Shown: positions 7,915 to 18,875 of the stretch, piece after piece
How the letters are laid out: each line of letters starts with the position of its first letter
How positions within the stretch are numbered: the stretch's first letter is position 1
Origin: Natronosporangium sp.
Lineage (GTDB): Bacteria > Actinomycetota > Actinomycetes > Mycobacteriales > Micromonosporaceae
Direction of reading: 5' to 3'
Length of the DNA: 64,000 bases
NCBI GenBank assembly: GCA_036564175.1
Contig: DATCKZ010000012.1
Location: 18,373 to 82,372, forward strand
Program-made: the position numbers and the translations under genes
Notes under the pieces: model-generated
The model's database searches: none
What the model was told of the DNA's origin: nothing
What the model saw: the letters and a program-made list of their open reading frames with translations, nothing else

Positions 7915-10245
7915 GTGCCGGGACAGGTGACCGCGGCCGCACTCGGCCTGACCACGGCGGAGGTTGCGCAGCGGACCGCGGCCGGCCAGGTGAACACCGC
8001 GCCGGCTCGGGACACCCGGACGATCGGCCAGATCCTGCGGGCGAACCTGCTCACCCGGTTCAACGCGCTGATCGGCGCGCTCGCCGTGCTGATCCTGATC
8101 TTCGGCCACCCGGTGGACGCGCTGTTCGCCTGGGTGATCGTCTTCAACAGCGGGATCGGGGTGGTCCAGGAGATCCGCGCGAAGCGGACGCTGGACCGGC
8201 TGGCGGTGCTGGCCCGGGCGCCGGTCCGGGTCCGCCGGGACGGTCGGGAGCTGTCGATCCCGCCCGAGGACGTGGTGCTCGGTGACCTGATCCTGCTCGC
8301 GCCGGGTGACAAGATCCCGGTCGACGGCGAGGTGGCGATCGCCGAGGAGCTGGAGATCGACGAGTCGCTGCTCACCGGCGAGTCCGACCCGGTCGTCAAG
8401 GAGCCGGGGGAGCAGGTGCTGTCCGGCAGCTTCGTGGTCGCCGGCGCCGGTGCGTTCACCGCCACGAAGGTCGGCGCCGACGCGTACGCCGCCAAGCTGG
8501 TCGCCGAGGTGAGCGCGTTCAGCCTCGCCCAATCCGAGCTCTACCAGGGCATCAACCGGTTCCTGAAGTACCTCACCTGGATCATCGCGCCGGTCGGCGC
8601 GGTCCTGGTGGCCCGGCAGCTCACCAGCGACCAGTCGTTCCCGGACGCGGTGGTGAGCAGTGTCGCCGGGGTGGTGCCGATGATCCCGGAGGGGCTGGTG
8701 CTGATGACCAGCGTCGCCTTCGCGGTCGGGGTGATCCGGCTGGGCCGGCGCCGCTGCCTGGTGCAGGAGCTGCCGGCGGTGGAGATCCTCGCCCGGGTGG
8801 ACACGCTCTGCCTGGACAAGACCGGCACGCTCACCGAGCCGGGGATGGTCCTGCAGGAGATCGAGTACGCGGACGGCGCGCCGGACGGGGTGGCCGGGGT
8901 GCTCGCCGCGATGGTCGCCGCCGACCCGAACCCGAACCAGACCATGCAGGCGATCGGGGCCGGGCTGCCGCCCCCGCCGGACCTGTCGGTGACCGAGACG
9001 ATCCCGTTCTCGTCGGCCCGGAAGTACTCCGGGGTCGCGTTCGCGTCGGCCGGCAGCTGGCTGCTCGGCGCCGCCGACGTGCTGCTCGCGCCGGGCGACC
9101 CGATCCGGGCCCGGGCCGAGGCGCTCGCCGCCGACGGGCTGCGGGTGCTGGCGCTGGTGCAGGTGCCGTCGCTGGCGAGCGAGCAGCGGCGGGCGGTGGC
9201 GCTGGTGGTGCTGGCGCAGAAACTGCGCGCGGCCGCCGCCGACACACTGCGCTGGTTCGCCGAGCAAGACGTCGACGCGAAGGTGATCTCCGGGGACAAC
9301 GCGGTGGCGGTCGGCGCGATCGCCCGGCAGCTCGGGCTGGCCGGGGCGGACCGGCCGGTGGACGCCCGGCAGCTGCCGGACGACCCGGCGCCGCTGGCCG
9401 AGGCGCTGGAGCGGCACAGCGTGTTCGGCCGGGTCACCCCGCACCAGAAGCGCTCGTTCGTCGGTGCCCTGCAATCCCGCGGTCACCTGGTCGCGATGAC
9501 CGGGGACGGGGTCAACGACGTGCTCGCGCTCAAGGACGCCGACCTGGGGATCGCGATGGGCTCGGGCAGCGGCGCCAGCCGGGCGGTGGCGAAGGTGGTG
9601 CTGCTCGACGACGACTTCACGGTGCTGCCGGCGGTGCTCGGGGAGGGGCGCCGGGTGCTGGCGAACATCGAGCGGGTGGCGAACCTGTTCCTCACCAAGA
9701 CCGTCTACTCGCTGGTGCTCGGGTTGTCGATCGCGATCGCCGGGCTGCCGTTCCTGATGCTGCCCAGGCACGGCACGCTCATCAACGCGGTGACGATCGG
9801 GATCCCGGCGTTCTTCCTGGCCCTCGCACCGTCCAACGAGCGGGCCCGGGGCGGGTTCGTGCCGCGGGTGCTGCGGTTCGCGATCCCGGCCGGGATCATC
9901 TGCGCGCTCGCCAGTTTCACCGCCTACCTGATCGCCCGGAGCCGGCCCGAGCTGGACACCACCGGCCAGCGGTCGGTCGCGACGATCACGCTGTTCCTGG
10001 TGGCGTTCTTCGTGCTGGTGCTGATCGCCCGGCCGCTGGCGCTCTGGAAGCTCGGCCTGCTGGCCGCGATGGCGACCGGGTTCGGGCTGGTGCTGGCGGT
10101 GCCGGCGGCCCGGGAGGTGGCGAGCCTGCAGGTGCCGGAGCCGTCGCTGGCGGCGGTGATCATCGCGCTCGCGGCCGGCGCCGCGGTGCTGCTGGTGGTG
10201 GTGCGGTCGCTGCTGGCCCGGTGGCTGCCCAGCCGGGACCGCTGA
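7915..10245 (+). CDS. Cation-translocating P-type ATPase (CtpE-like)
   Basis: TGES, IPEGL, DKTGT, SGDN, TGDGVND; GAGGGGG RBS before GTG 7915. Confidence 0.92.
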   Translation: MPGQVTAAALGLTTAEVAQRTAAGQVNTAPARDTRTIGQILRANLLTRFNALIGALAVLILIFGHPVDALFAWVIVFNSGIGVVQEIRAKRTLDRLAVLARAPVRVRRDGRELSIPPEDVVLGDLILLAPGDKIPVDGEVAIAEELEIDESLLTGESDPVVKEPGEQVLSGSFVVAGAGAFTATKVGADAYAAKLVAEVSAFSLAQSELYQGINRFLKYLTWIIAPVGAVLVARQLTSDQSFPDAVVSSVAGVVPMIPEGLVLMTSVAFAVGVIRLGRRRCLVQELPAVEILARVDTLCLDKTGTLTEPGMVLQEIEYADGAPDGVAGVLAAMVAADPNPNQTMQAIGAGLPPPPDLSVTETIPFSSARKYSGVAFASAGSWLLGAADVLLAPGDPIRARAEALAADGLRVLALVQVPSLASEQRRAVALVVLAQKLRAAAADTLRWFAEQDVDAKVISGDNAVAVGAIARQLGLAGADRPVDARQLPDDPAPLAEALERHSVFGRVTPHQKRSFVGALQSRGHLVAMTGDGVNDVLALKDADLGIAMGSGSGASRAVAKVVLLDDDFTVLPAVLGEGRRVLANIERVANLFLTKTVYSLVLGLSIAIAGLPFLMLPRHGTLINAVTIGIPAFFLALAPSNERARGGFVPRVLRFAIPAGIICALASFTAYLIARSRPELDTTGQRSVATITLFLVAFFVLVLIARPLALWKLGLLAAMATGFGLVLAVPAAREVASLQVPEPSLAAVIIALAAGAAVLLVVVRSLLARWLPSRDR

Positions 10246-10253
10246 CCGAGGTC

Positions 10254-10958
10254 CTAACCGAGGTTCTTCAGCGCTTCCCGGACCGACAGGGGCGCCAGCC
10301 GTGGTTGCTGGGAGGCCACGAACGCCCGGACCGCCGCCGGGTCGGTCTTCGCGTACTCCCGCAACGCCCAGCCGATCGCCTTGCGTACGAAGAAGTCCGG
10401 ATGCCCGGCCTGCACCGCGCAGTAGCGGAACAACCGGGCGGCGTCGGTCGCCTCCTTGAACGTGAGCTGGTGCAGGATGGCAGTGCGGACCAGCCACCGG
10501 TCCTCGTCGGTGAGCCACGCGTCGGTGGTCGCGACCAGCTTCGGGTGCATCGCCACCAGCGGCCCCACCAGGTGCGCCGCGAGTGCGTCCACAGTGTCCC
10601 ACCAGGCCTTCGTGACCAGCAGGTACCGGGCGGTCTCGATGAAGTCCGGGCCGCACAGCCGGGCGTGCCGGCGCAGCCAGCCGCACGCGAAGTACTGGTA
10701 CTCCCGTTCCGGCCGTTGCCAGCAGGCCAGCGCCACCGCCGCCAGATCCGGCTCGGTCGGCCGGGCCAGCCCGGCCAGCACGGTCCGGGTGAGCGCCTTC
10801 TGGGTCGGGCTCGGAATGCCGAGGAATGGGAACTGGTTGCGCATGTACGCGGCCATCGGAACGGCGCGCTCCGGGTCCCGGGCACCCTCGTAGGCGCGGG
10901 TGAGCCGGTCCATGATCTCCTCGGCCAGCGGCGTGGATGTCGGCTCGGGCTGCGGCAT
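10254..10958 (-). CDS. DNA alkylation repair protein (AlkD-like HEAT-repeat glycosylase)
   Basis: MAAYMRNQFPFLG, EREYQY, WWDTVD, FFVRKAIGWALREYAK. Confidence 0.88.
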   Translation of the reverse strand: MPQPEPTSTPLAEEIMDRLTRAYEGARDPERAVPMAAYMRNQFPFLGIPSPTQKALTRTVLAGLARPTEPDLAAVALACWQRPEREYQYFACGWLRRHARLCGPDFIETARYLLVTKAWWDTVDALAAHLVGPLVAMHPKLVATTDAWLTDEDRWLVRTAILHQLTFKEATDAARLFRYCAVQAGHPDFFVRKAIGWALREYAKTDPAAVRAFVASQQPRLAPLSVREALKNLG

Positions 10959-10999
10959 GCTGCGATCATGCCACCATGACCGCCGGTAGCGTGTCGGGC

Positions 11000-11671
11000 A
11001 TGAGCAGGTCACGACCGGTGGCCGGGGGCGGCCGGTGGGTGGAGGTGGACCCGGACCGGCTCGCCCGGTGGTTGGCCGGCTTCCGGGACCGGCACGGCGA
11101 GCTCGACGCGGCACCGGCCGACGGCGTGCTGGTGGTGACCGCCGCGGACGGGACGGTTGCCCGGCTGCACCCGCCGCCCGGGGCGCCCGCGGTCGATGGC
11201 CGGCCAGTCGATATCGGCGGGTCTGAGCTCGACCGGTTCATCGCCGCCGCCCGGGCGCCGCGCCGGCTCGGTCTGCTGCTGGCCCGCAAGGGCGCCGCCG
11301 CGGTCGGGGTCGCCGACGGCGGCAGGCTCACAACCTCCAAAGTTGACTCCTGGTACGTGCAGGGCCGGACCGCCGCCGGTGGCCAGTCGCAGCAACGGTT
11401 CGCGCGCCGGCGGGCCAACCAGGCCAGCGCCGCCGCCGGCAAGGCGGCCGACATCGTGGCCCGGCTGCTGCTGCCGGCCGCCAGCGAGCTGGCGGCGGTG
11501 GTCACCGGCGGCGACCGGCCAACCGTCGAGCAGATCCTCGCCGACCCGCGGCTCGCCCCGGTGCGGGCGCTGCGCAGCGACCGCCACCTGCCGGTGCCGA
11601 CCCCGAACCTGGCGGTGCTGCGGGACGCGGTCGCGGCCGCCCGGGCGGTCGGGATCCACCTGGCCGAGTAG
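11000..11671 (+). CDS. acVLRF1 (Vms1/eRF1-like) peptidyl-tRNA hydrolase family protein
   Basis: YVQGRTAAGGQSQQRFARRRANQ and VTGGDR motifs; alternative start at 10976. Confidence 0.85.
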   Translation: MSRSRPVAGGGRWVEVDPDRLARWLAGFRDRHGELDAAPADGVLVVTAADGTVARLHPPPGAPAVDGRPVDIGGSELDRFIAAARAPRRLGLLLARKGAAAVGVADGGRLTTSKVDSWYVQGRTAAGGQSQQRFARRRANQASAAAGKAADIVARLLLPAASELAAVVTGGDRPTVEQILADPRLAPVRALRSDRHLPVPTPNLAVLRDAVAAARAVGIHLAE

Positions 11672-11708
11672 CCGTCAGTGGCTGAGTAGCCCGAGGTGGC
11701 CGTAGCCG

Positions 11709-12677
11709 TCAGCCGGCGGCGAAGGTGTCGCACCGGCGCGGGTCGCCGGTGGAATAGCCGGTCTGGAACCACTGCTGTCGCTGGGCCGAGCTGCCGTGGG
11801 TGAACGCCTCCGGGTTGACCTCGCCGGTGGTCCGCTGCTGGATCGCGTCGTCGCCGACCGCCGCGGCCGCCTGCAGCGCCTCCGCGATGGCCTGCTCGGT
11901 GACCGCCTCGAACAGCGGCTGGCCGCGCTGGTCGCGGGTGTCCGCCGCGCCGTTCGCCCAACTGCCGGCCAGACAGTCGGCTTGCAGCTCCATCAACACC
12001 GAGTACTGGTTGGCGTTGCCGGGGTCGCGCTGCTGCGCCCGCCGGACCTGGCTCTCGATCCCGAGCAGCGTCTGCACGTGGTGCCCGTACTCGTGGGCCA
12101 GCACGTACGCCTGGGCGAACTCGCCGTTGGCACCGAATCGCCGGGCCAGCTCGTCGTAGAACGTCAGGTCCAGGTAGACGTGCCGGTCGCCGGGGCAGTA
12201 GAACGGGCCGGCGCCGGAGCTGGCGAACCCGCAGGCGGTGTCGACCGACTCGGAGAAGTAGCGGGTGGTGGTCGGCTGGTACGGGGCGCCGAAGTACTCG
12301 GGCAGCGCGGTCTGCCAGTAGGCCTGGATCGAGTTGACGTAGAGCAGGTTGCGGCAGGCCGGGTCGTCGAACCGGTCCTGGTTCTCCACCGCGCACGCCT
12401 CAGCCAGGCTGCCGCCCGACTCGGACGGCTGGTCGCCCAGCCCGCCCAGGTCGTCGACGCCGGGCAGCACCCCGGTCGCGCTGCCGCCGAACAGTAGCCC
12501 GAGCAGGACCAGCACCGCCAGCCCGATCAGCCCGCCCTTGCCGCCCGGCAGCGGCAGCCCGGTGCCGCCACCGCGCCCGGTCGGCAGCGGGAAGCCGAGC
12601 CGGCCACCCCGGCCGCGCCGGTCGCGCAGGTCCTCGACCTGGCCGGGGTCGAGGTTGGCATCCTCGTTCAGCGACAT
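11709..12677 (-). CDS. Neutral zinc metallopeptidase (YpfJ-like)
   Basis: GPFYCP, AHEYGHHVQ, ELQADC.AG, FTHGSS.QR; N-terminal TM anchor. Confidence 0.9.
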   Translation of the reverse strand: MSLNEDANLDPGQVEDLRDRRGRGGRLGFPLPTGRGGGTGLPLPGGKGGLIGLAVLVLLGLLFGGSATGVLPGVDDLGGLGDQPSESGGSLAEACAVENQDRFDDPACRNLLYVNSIQAYWQTALPEYFGAPYQPTTTRYFSESVDTACGFASSGAGPFYCPGDRHVYLDLTFYDELARRFGANGEFAQAYVLAHEYGHHVQTLLGIESQVRRAQQRDPGNANQYSVLMELQADCLAGSWANGAADTRDQRGQPLFEAVTEQAIAEALQAAAAVGDDAIQQRTTGEVNPEAFTHGSSAQRQQWFQTGYSTGDPRRCDTFAAG

Positions 12678-12788
12678 CGGGCACTCCCATCTTGATCCAG
12701 ATCATACGGCCTGGTTTGTCCGGTATATCAAGAAGCTGCTGGTTCGCCGGCCCGGCTGGAAACCGGTGGCGCCGGCTGGGCCGCCAGC

Positions 12789-12921
12789 TACACTTGCCCC
12801 CGTGCATCGCTGCGAAGGCTGACCCGCCCCGCACCGACCGGGACCCGTTCGAACGAGCCGGCCGGTGCTTCAGCTTGCCCCGGACCACAGCCTTCGAAAC
12901 CCAGGAAGCGAGCACGAAGCG
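12789..12921 (+). promoter_or_regulatory. Putative promoter and structured leader with a 6-codon uORF upstream of ABC-F
   Basis: TACACT at 12789-12794; GTG CAT CGC TGC GAA GGC TGA at 12802-12822; CGAAGGCTG complementary to CAGCCTTCG (12888-12896). Confidence 0.5.
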
Positions 12922-14511
<1,590 letters not shown>

Positions 14512-14741
14512 CCTGGCCGGTCGGCGAAAGTGGCACTGGGGCAAGTAGACCTGGCCGGAAACGGCCGGCACGATAACGACCAACTGTGCGCAGAACGGCG
14601 GTCTAGTTTCTGACAAAGGCTCGCGTGTCCCCTGGCGCAGTCATGCCGTTTGCCGCATGATCGTCGTAGGTGTTCCAATAGAGGGGACTGCTCCCGCACA
14701 TCGACCGAAATCGCACTGTCTGGGACGTGAGGGAAAGAGAC

Positions 14742-14972
14742 ATGACAGCCACCGGCACCACCAGCCCGGAGAAGGGTCGCCGGATCGTCGGCGCTGAGCG
14801 ACAGACGCTCGCGAAGGACCTCGTCAAGCGCTACACCGAAGGAGAGAGCATCCGCGCGCTCGCATCCTCGACAGGCCGCTCGTATGGGTTTGTCCATCGG
14901 GTGTTGACGGAGTCCGGCGTGCAGCTTCGGCAGCGTGGCGGCGCTCGCCGTCGCAAGAAGACGGCCACCTGA
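14742..14972 (+). CDS. Small helix-turn-helix DNA-binding protein (Rv1473A-like)
   Basis: YTEGESIRALASSTGRSYGFVHRVLTESGVQLRQRGG; GAGGGAAAG RBS. Confidence 0.88.
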   Translation: MTATGTTSPEKGRRIVGAERQTLAKDLVKRYTEGESIRALASSTGRSYGFVHRVLTESGVQLRQRGGARRRKKTAT

Positions 14973-14991
14973 CACACCCGTCTTCGTAAGC

Positions 14992-15741
14992 GTGAAGCCG
15001 TCCGGGGTAAGGCTCGATCGCAGCGGGCCGGTGGCAACAGTGACGTTGTGCCGGCCCGAAGTTCTCAATGCACAGACCCCACAGATGTGGGATGCGCTGC
15101 GAGAGATTTCCCGCCAGCTGACCGGCGAGGTCCGGGTGGTGGTGGTACGGGGTGAGGGGCGCGCCTTTTCGGCCGGGCTCGATCGGTCGATCGCGGGGGA
15201 GCTGGTCGCCCAGCTGACGCGGCTGCCGGCCGAGGACGCGCTCGCCCGGATCGCCACCGCCCAGGAAGCCTTCAGCTGGCTCCGGCGACCGAACCTGGTC
15301 ACCATCGCCGGGGTGCAGGGGCACGCGATCGGTGCCGGGCTGCAGTTGGCGCTCGCCTGCGATCTGCGGGTGCTCGCCGACGACGCGCAGCTGGCGATGG
15401 CCGAGGTGACCCTCGGGATGGTGCCCGACCTGGGTGGCACCAAGCGGCTGGTGGAGCTGGTCGGGTACGGCCGGGCGCTGGAGCTGTGCCTGACCGCCCG
15501 CCGGGTCGACGCCGCCGAGGCGGCCCGGATCGGGCTGGCGAACCTGGTCGTGCCCGCTGCCGAGCTGGACGCGGCGATCGCCGACCTGACCGCCGCCGTG
15601 CTCGCCGCTGACCGCGACGCGGCGATCGAGGTCAAGGCGCTGCTCGCCGGTGCCGCCGGCCGGTCGTATCCGGAGCAGCAGCGGGCCGAGCGGGAGGCGC
15701 AGCTGCGCCGGTTTCGTGACCTGGCCGGCCTGGGGGAGTAA
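14992..15741 (+). CDS. Enoyl-CoA hydratase/isomerase family protein
   Basis: AFSAGLD, GHAIGAGLQLALACDLR, E..LGMVPDLGG; start codon uncertain. Confidence 0.88.
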   Translation: MKPSGVRLDRSGPVATVTLCRPEVLNAQTPQMWDALREISRQLTGEVRVVVVRGEGRAFSAGLDRSIAGELVAQLTRLPAEDALARIATAQEAFSWLRRPNLVTIAGVQGHAIGAGLQLALACDLRVLADDAQLAMAEVTLGMVPDLGGTKRLVELVGYGRALELCLTARRVDAAEAARIGLANLVVPAAELDAAIADLTAAVLAADRDAAIEVKALLAGAAGRSYPEQQRAEREAQLRRFRDLAGLGE

Positions 15742-15782
15742 CCGCCCCACCTGTTGATGTTGCATCCATCGGAGGTGGGTCA

Positions 15783-17726
15783 GTGGTCCAATCGATGGGC
15801 GGCAGCATGACCGGCGGCGGCTGGGGCACGCTGCGGGCGCTGCGCCGGCAGGACGAGGTCGAAGCGCACCAGATGCGCCCGGGTACCGCCCGGCGGGTGT
15901 TGGCGTTCGCCCGGCCGTACCGGGCCGACATCGCGGTGTTCCTGCTGGCGGTGGTGCTGGCGGCCGGGATCGGGGTGGCCACCCCGGTGATCGCCGGTCG
16001 GGTGGTCGACGTCATCTCCGCCGGTGGCCCGTCAGCCGGCCGGACTGTGATTTTGCTCGCATCGGCGTTCGCCGGCCTCGCCATCGTCGACGCGCTGCTG
16101 CAGCTGGCCCAGCGGTGGTACTCGGCCCGGATCGGCGAGGGCATCATCCTCGATCTGCGCTCCGGCGTCTACGACCACGTGCAGCGGATGCCGCTGCAGT
16201 TCTTCACCCGGACCCAGACCGGGGCGCTGGTGAGCCGGCTCAACAACGACGTGCTCGGCGCCCAGCGCGCGTTCACCAGCACCCTGTCCGGCGTGGTCAG
16301 CAACATCATCCAGCTGCTGCTCACCGCCGGCGTCATGTTCGCGCTGTCCTGGCAGATCACCGCGCTGTCGCTACTGCTGCTGCCGGCGTTCATCCTGCCC
16401 GCCCGCCGGGTCGGCCGGAAGCTGGCCGAGATCACGCGCGAGTCGTACGTGCTCGACGCGAAGATGAACGCCACCATGACCGAGCGGTTCGGGGTCGGCG
16501 GGGCGCTGCTGGTGAAGCTGTTCGGCCGCCCAGAGGAGGAGTACGACCGGTTCCGGGACCGGGCCGCCCGGGTCCGGGACATCGGGATCCGGCAGGCGAT
16601 GTACGCCCGGACGTTCTTCGTCGCGATGCTGCTGGTGGCGCTGCTGGCGCAGGCGCTGACGTACGGGCTGGGCGGCTGGTTCGCGGTGCACGGGCAGCTC
16701 TCGGCCGGCACCGTGGTGACGCTGGCGCTGCTGCTCACCCGGCTCTACGGCCCGCTCACCGAATTGGCGAACGTCCGGGTGGACGTGATGAGCGCGCTGG
16801 TCTCGTTCGACCGGGTCTTCGAGGTGCTGGACCTGGCCCCCGCGATCGCCGAGAAGCCGGACGCGGTGCCGCTGCCCGGCGGGCCCGGCCGGGTGGAGTT
16901 CCGGGACGTGCACTTCCGCTACCCGTCGGCGGCGGAGGTCTCGCTCGCCTCGCTGGAGGACGTGGCGGTGCTCGACCGGAAGGTCTCCGAGCCGGTGCTG
17001 CGCGGGGTGTCGTTCGTGGCCGAGCCGGGCCAGCTGGTGGCGCTGGTCGGCCCGTCGGGCGCCGGCAAGACCACCGCCTCGATGCTGGTGCCGCGGATCT
17101 ACGACCCGACCGCCGGCGCGGTGCTGATCGACGGCATCGACCTGCGCGACGCCACTCTCGACTCGATCCGGGACGCGGTCGGAGTGGTCACACAGGACGC
17201 TCACCTGTTCCACGAGTCGTTGGCCGAGAACCTGCGGTACGCCAAGCCGGACGCCACCGACCAGGAGCTCTGGCGGGCTTTGGAGCAAGCGCAGATCGCG
17301 GAGCTGGTCCGCTCGCTCCCGGATGGACTGGACACAGTGGTCGGCGAGCGGGGCTACCGGTTCTCTGGCGGCGAGAAGCAGCGGATCGCGATCGCCCGGT
17401 TGCTGCTGAAGGCACCGTCCATCGTGATCCTCGACGAGGCGACCGCGCACCTGGACTCGGAGTCCGAGGCGGCGGTGCAGCAGGCGCTCGCCACCGCGCT
17501 CACCGGCCGGACCGCGATCGTGATCGCGCACCGGCTCTCGACGGTCCGCAACGCCGACCAGATCCTGGTGCTCGACCAGGGCCGGATCGTGGAGCGGGGC
17601 CGGCACGAGGAGCTGGTCGCCGCCGGCGGGCTCTACGCCGAGCTCTACCGGACCCAGTTCGCGGTCGCCACCCCTTCCCCGTCGATCCAGGAGTTGTTCA
17701 CGCCCGATTTCGATAAATCGGGCTGA
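15783..17726 (+). CDS. ABC exporter, fused permease and ATPase
   Basis: N-terminal TM domain; GPSGAGKTT, FSGGEKQR, ILDEATAHLD, IAHRLST. Confidence 0.93.
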   Translation: MVQSMGGSMTGGGWGTLRALRRQDEVEAHQMRPGTARRVLAFARPYRADIAVFLLAVVLAAGIGVATPVIAGRVVDVISAGGPSAGRTVILLASAFAGLAIVDALLQLAQRWYSARIGEGIILDLRSGVYDHVQRMPLQFFTRTQTGALVSRLNNDVLGAQRAFTSTLSGVVSNIIQLLLTAGVMFALSWQITALSLLLLPAFILPARRVGRKLAEITRESYVLDAKMNATMTERFGVGGALLVKLFGRPEEEYDRFRDRAARVRDIGIRQAMYARTFFVAMLLVALLAQALTYGLGGWFAVHGQLSAGTVVTLALLLTRLYGPLTELANVRVDVMSALVSFDRVFEVLDLAPAIAEKPDAVPLPGGPGRVEFRDVHFRYPSAAEVSLASLEDVAVLDRKVSEPVLRGVSFVAEPGQLVALVGPSGAGKTTASMLVPRIYDPTAGAVLIDGIDLRDATLDSIRDAVGVVTQDAHLFHESLAENLRYAKPDATDQELWRALEQAQIAELVRSLPDGLDTVVGERGYRFSGGEKQRIAIARLLLKAPSIVILDEATAHLDSESEAAVQQALATALTGRTAIVIAHRLSTVRNADQILVLDQGRIVERGRHEELVAAGGLYAELYRTQFAVATPSPSIQELFTPDFDKSG

Positions 17727-17740
17727 ACAACTCCTAGATC
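17684..17740. repeat. REP-like long hairpin overlapping the ABC exporter stop; probable bidirectional terminator
   Basis: GATCCAGGAGTTGTTCA-C-GCCCGATTT-CGAT-AAATCGGGC-TGAACAACTCCTAGATC, between convergent genes. Confidence 0.75.
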
Positions 17741-17759
17741 CACGCGATCTATCCCGGGG

Positions 17760-18779
17760 TCAGAGCCAGCCGCGCCGGGCGGCGTACAGGCCGGCCTGGA
17801 ACCGGGTGTCGGCGCCGAGCGCGGCCATCAGCGAGGCGATCCTTCGCCGGGTGGTCCGGTAGCTCCAGCCCAGGTGCCGGGCGATCGCCTGGTCCGGCAT
17901 GCCGCTGGCGAGCAGCGCCAGCAGCCGCCGGTCGTCCGGGGTCGGCCCGCGCTCCGGGTCGGCCTCGTCCGGCAGGTGCGGCTCGGTCGGCGACAGCGGG
18001 GTGGCCTGCTCCCAGAGCCGGTCGAACACGTACAGCAGCACGTCCAGCAGCGAGCACGGGTGCACCACGATCGCGCCGGCGACGTCCCGCTGGTCGAGCG
18101 AGTGCGGGACGAACGCCAGCCTGCGGTCGAAAGTGGCGAGCTTGAGCGGCAGCTCGGTGGTGACCCGGGCCTGCTCGCCGGCCCGGACGTAGCGCAGGAT
18201 CGCCTCGATCGCGCCGGGGGAGCGGAGCAGCGCCCGCCGGTCGTAGATCGCCTTGCAGACCACCCCGCGGGCGAGGATCTCGAACTCCAGGTCGTTGGTG
18301 CCCGGGCCGGCCCGGCCGGCGTACGGCGGGGTGTCGAGCACCTGGATCTCGGTGGTTGCCGACCGCTGCAGCTGGTCGAACCGGTGCAACACCGCGTCCG
18401 ACCCGGTGACCACCTCGAACACCTCCGCCCGGGCGCTGCGCCGGCCGGCCCGGTAGTCCTCCATCCACTGCTGCGCGGTGGTCCGGACCCGGCCGAGCGC
18501 GGCCTCGCGGTCGAGGATCAGCGCGGCCAGCCCCACGTCCGGAGCGGCCGGCAGATACCGGGCGACCGCGTCCGGGGTCCGGCTGACCAGTCCGAGCCGC
18601 TCCAGGTTGGCGATCGCCCGGCGGACCCGGGCCTGGCTCAAATCGAGCCGTTCGGCGAGCTCGCTGGTGTCGCTGCTGGGGGCGCGCAGCAGCGCCCGGT
18701 AGACGCGCTCGGCGACCGGGTCGATGCCGAGCGGAGCCAGCGCTTGCTCGGGTGGTTGGCCAGTTGTGTCCACGGCCAT
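17760..18779 (-). CDS. TrmB-N / LuxR-type HTH transcriptional regulator
   Basis: N-terminal wHTH (AERVYRALL...LERLGLV), LPLKL central domain, C-terminal LASGMPDQAIARHLGWSYRTTRRRI..TRFQAG. Confidence 0.87.
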   Translation of the reverse strand: MAVDTTGQPPEQALAPLGIDPVAERVYRALLRAPSSDTSELAERLDLSQARVRRAIANLERLGLVSRTPDAVARYLPAAPDVGLAALILDREAALGRVRTTAQQWMEDYRAGRRSARAEVFEVVTGSDAVLHRFDQLQRSATTEIQVLDTPPYAGRAGPGTNDLEFEILARGVVCKAIYDRRALLRSPGAIEAILRYVRAGEQARVTTELPLKLATFDRRLAFVPHSLDQRDVAGAIVVHPCSLLDVLLYVFDRLWEQATPLSPTEPHLPDEADPERGPTPDDRRLLALLASGMPDQAIARHLGWSYRTTRRRIASLMAALGADTRFQAGLYAARRGWL

Positions 18780-18875
18780 AGCTGTCCACCTTAATGGCTG
18801 GACAGGTCGGGCGATCACCCCGGACCCTTAACCCGACACGTCGGGCGGGGGCCGTGCTGTGGAGGTAGTTCCCCC

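Noticed and set aside
7882-10686. 934-aa minus-strand ORF, and similar long ORFs at 18828-21602, 32860-35256, 51978-54146 and 60121-62268
   Set aside because: Antisense shadows of well-supported genes, caused by stop-codon scarcity at high GC; no recognisable motifs.
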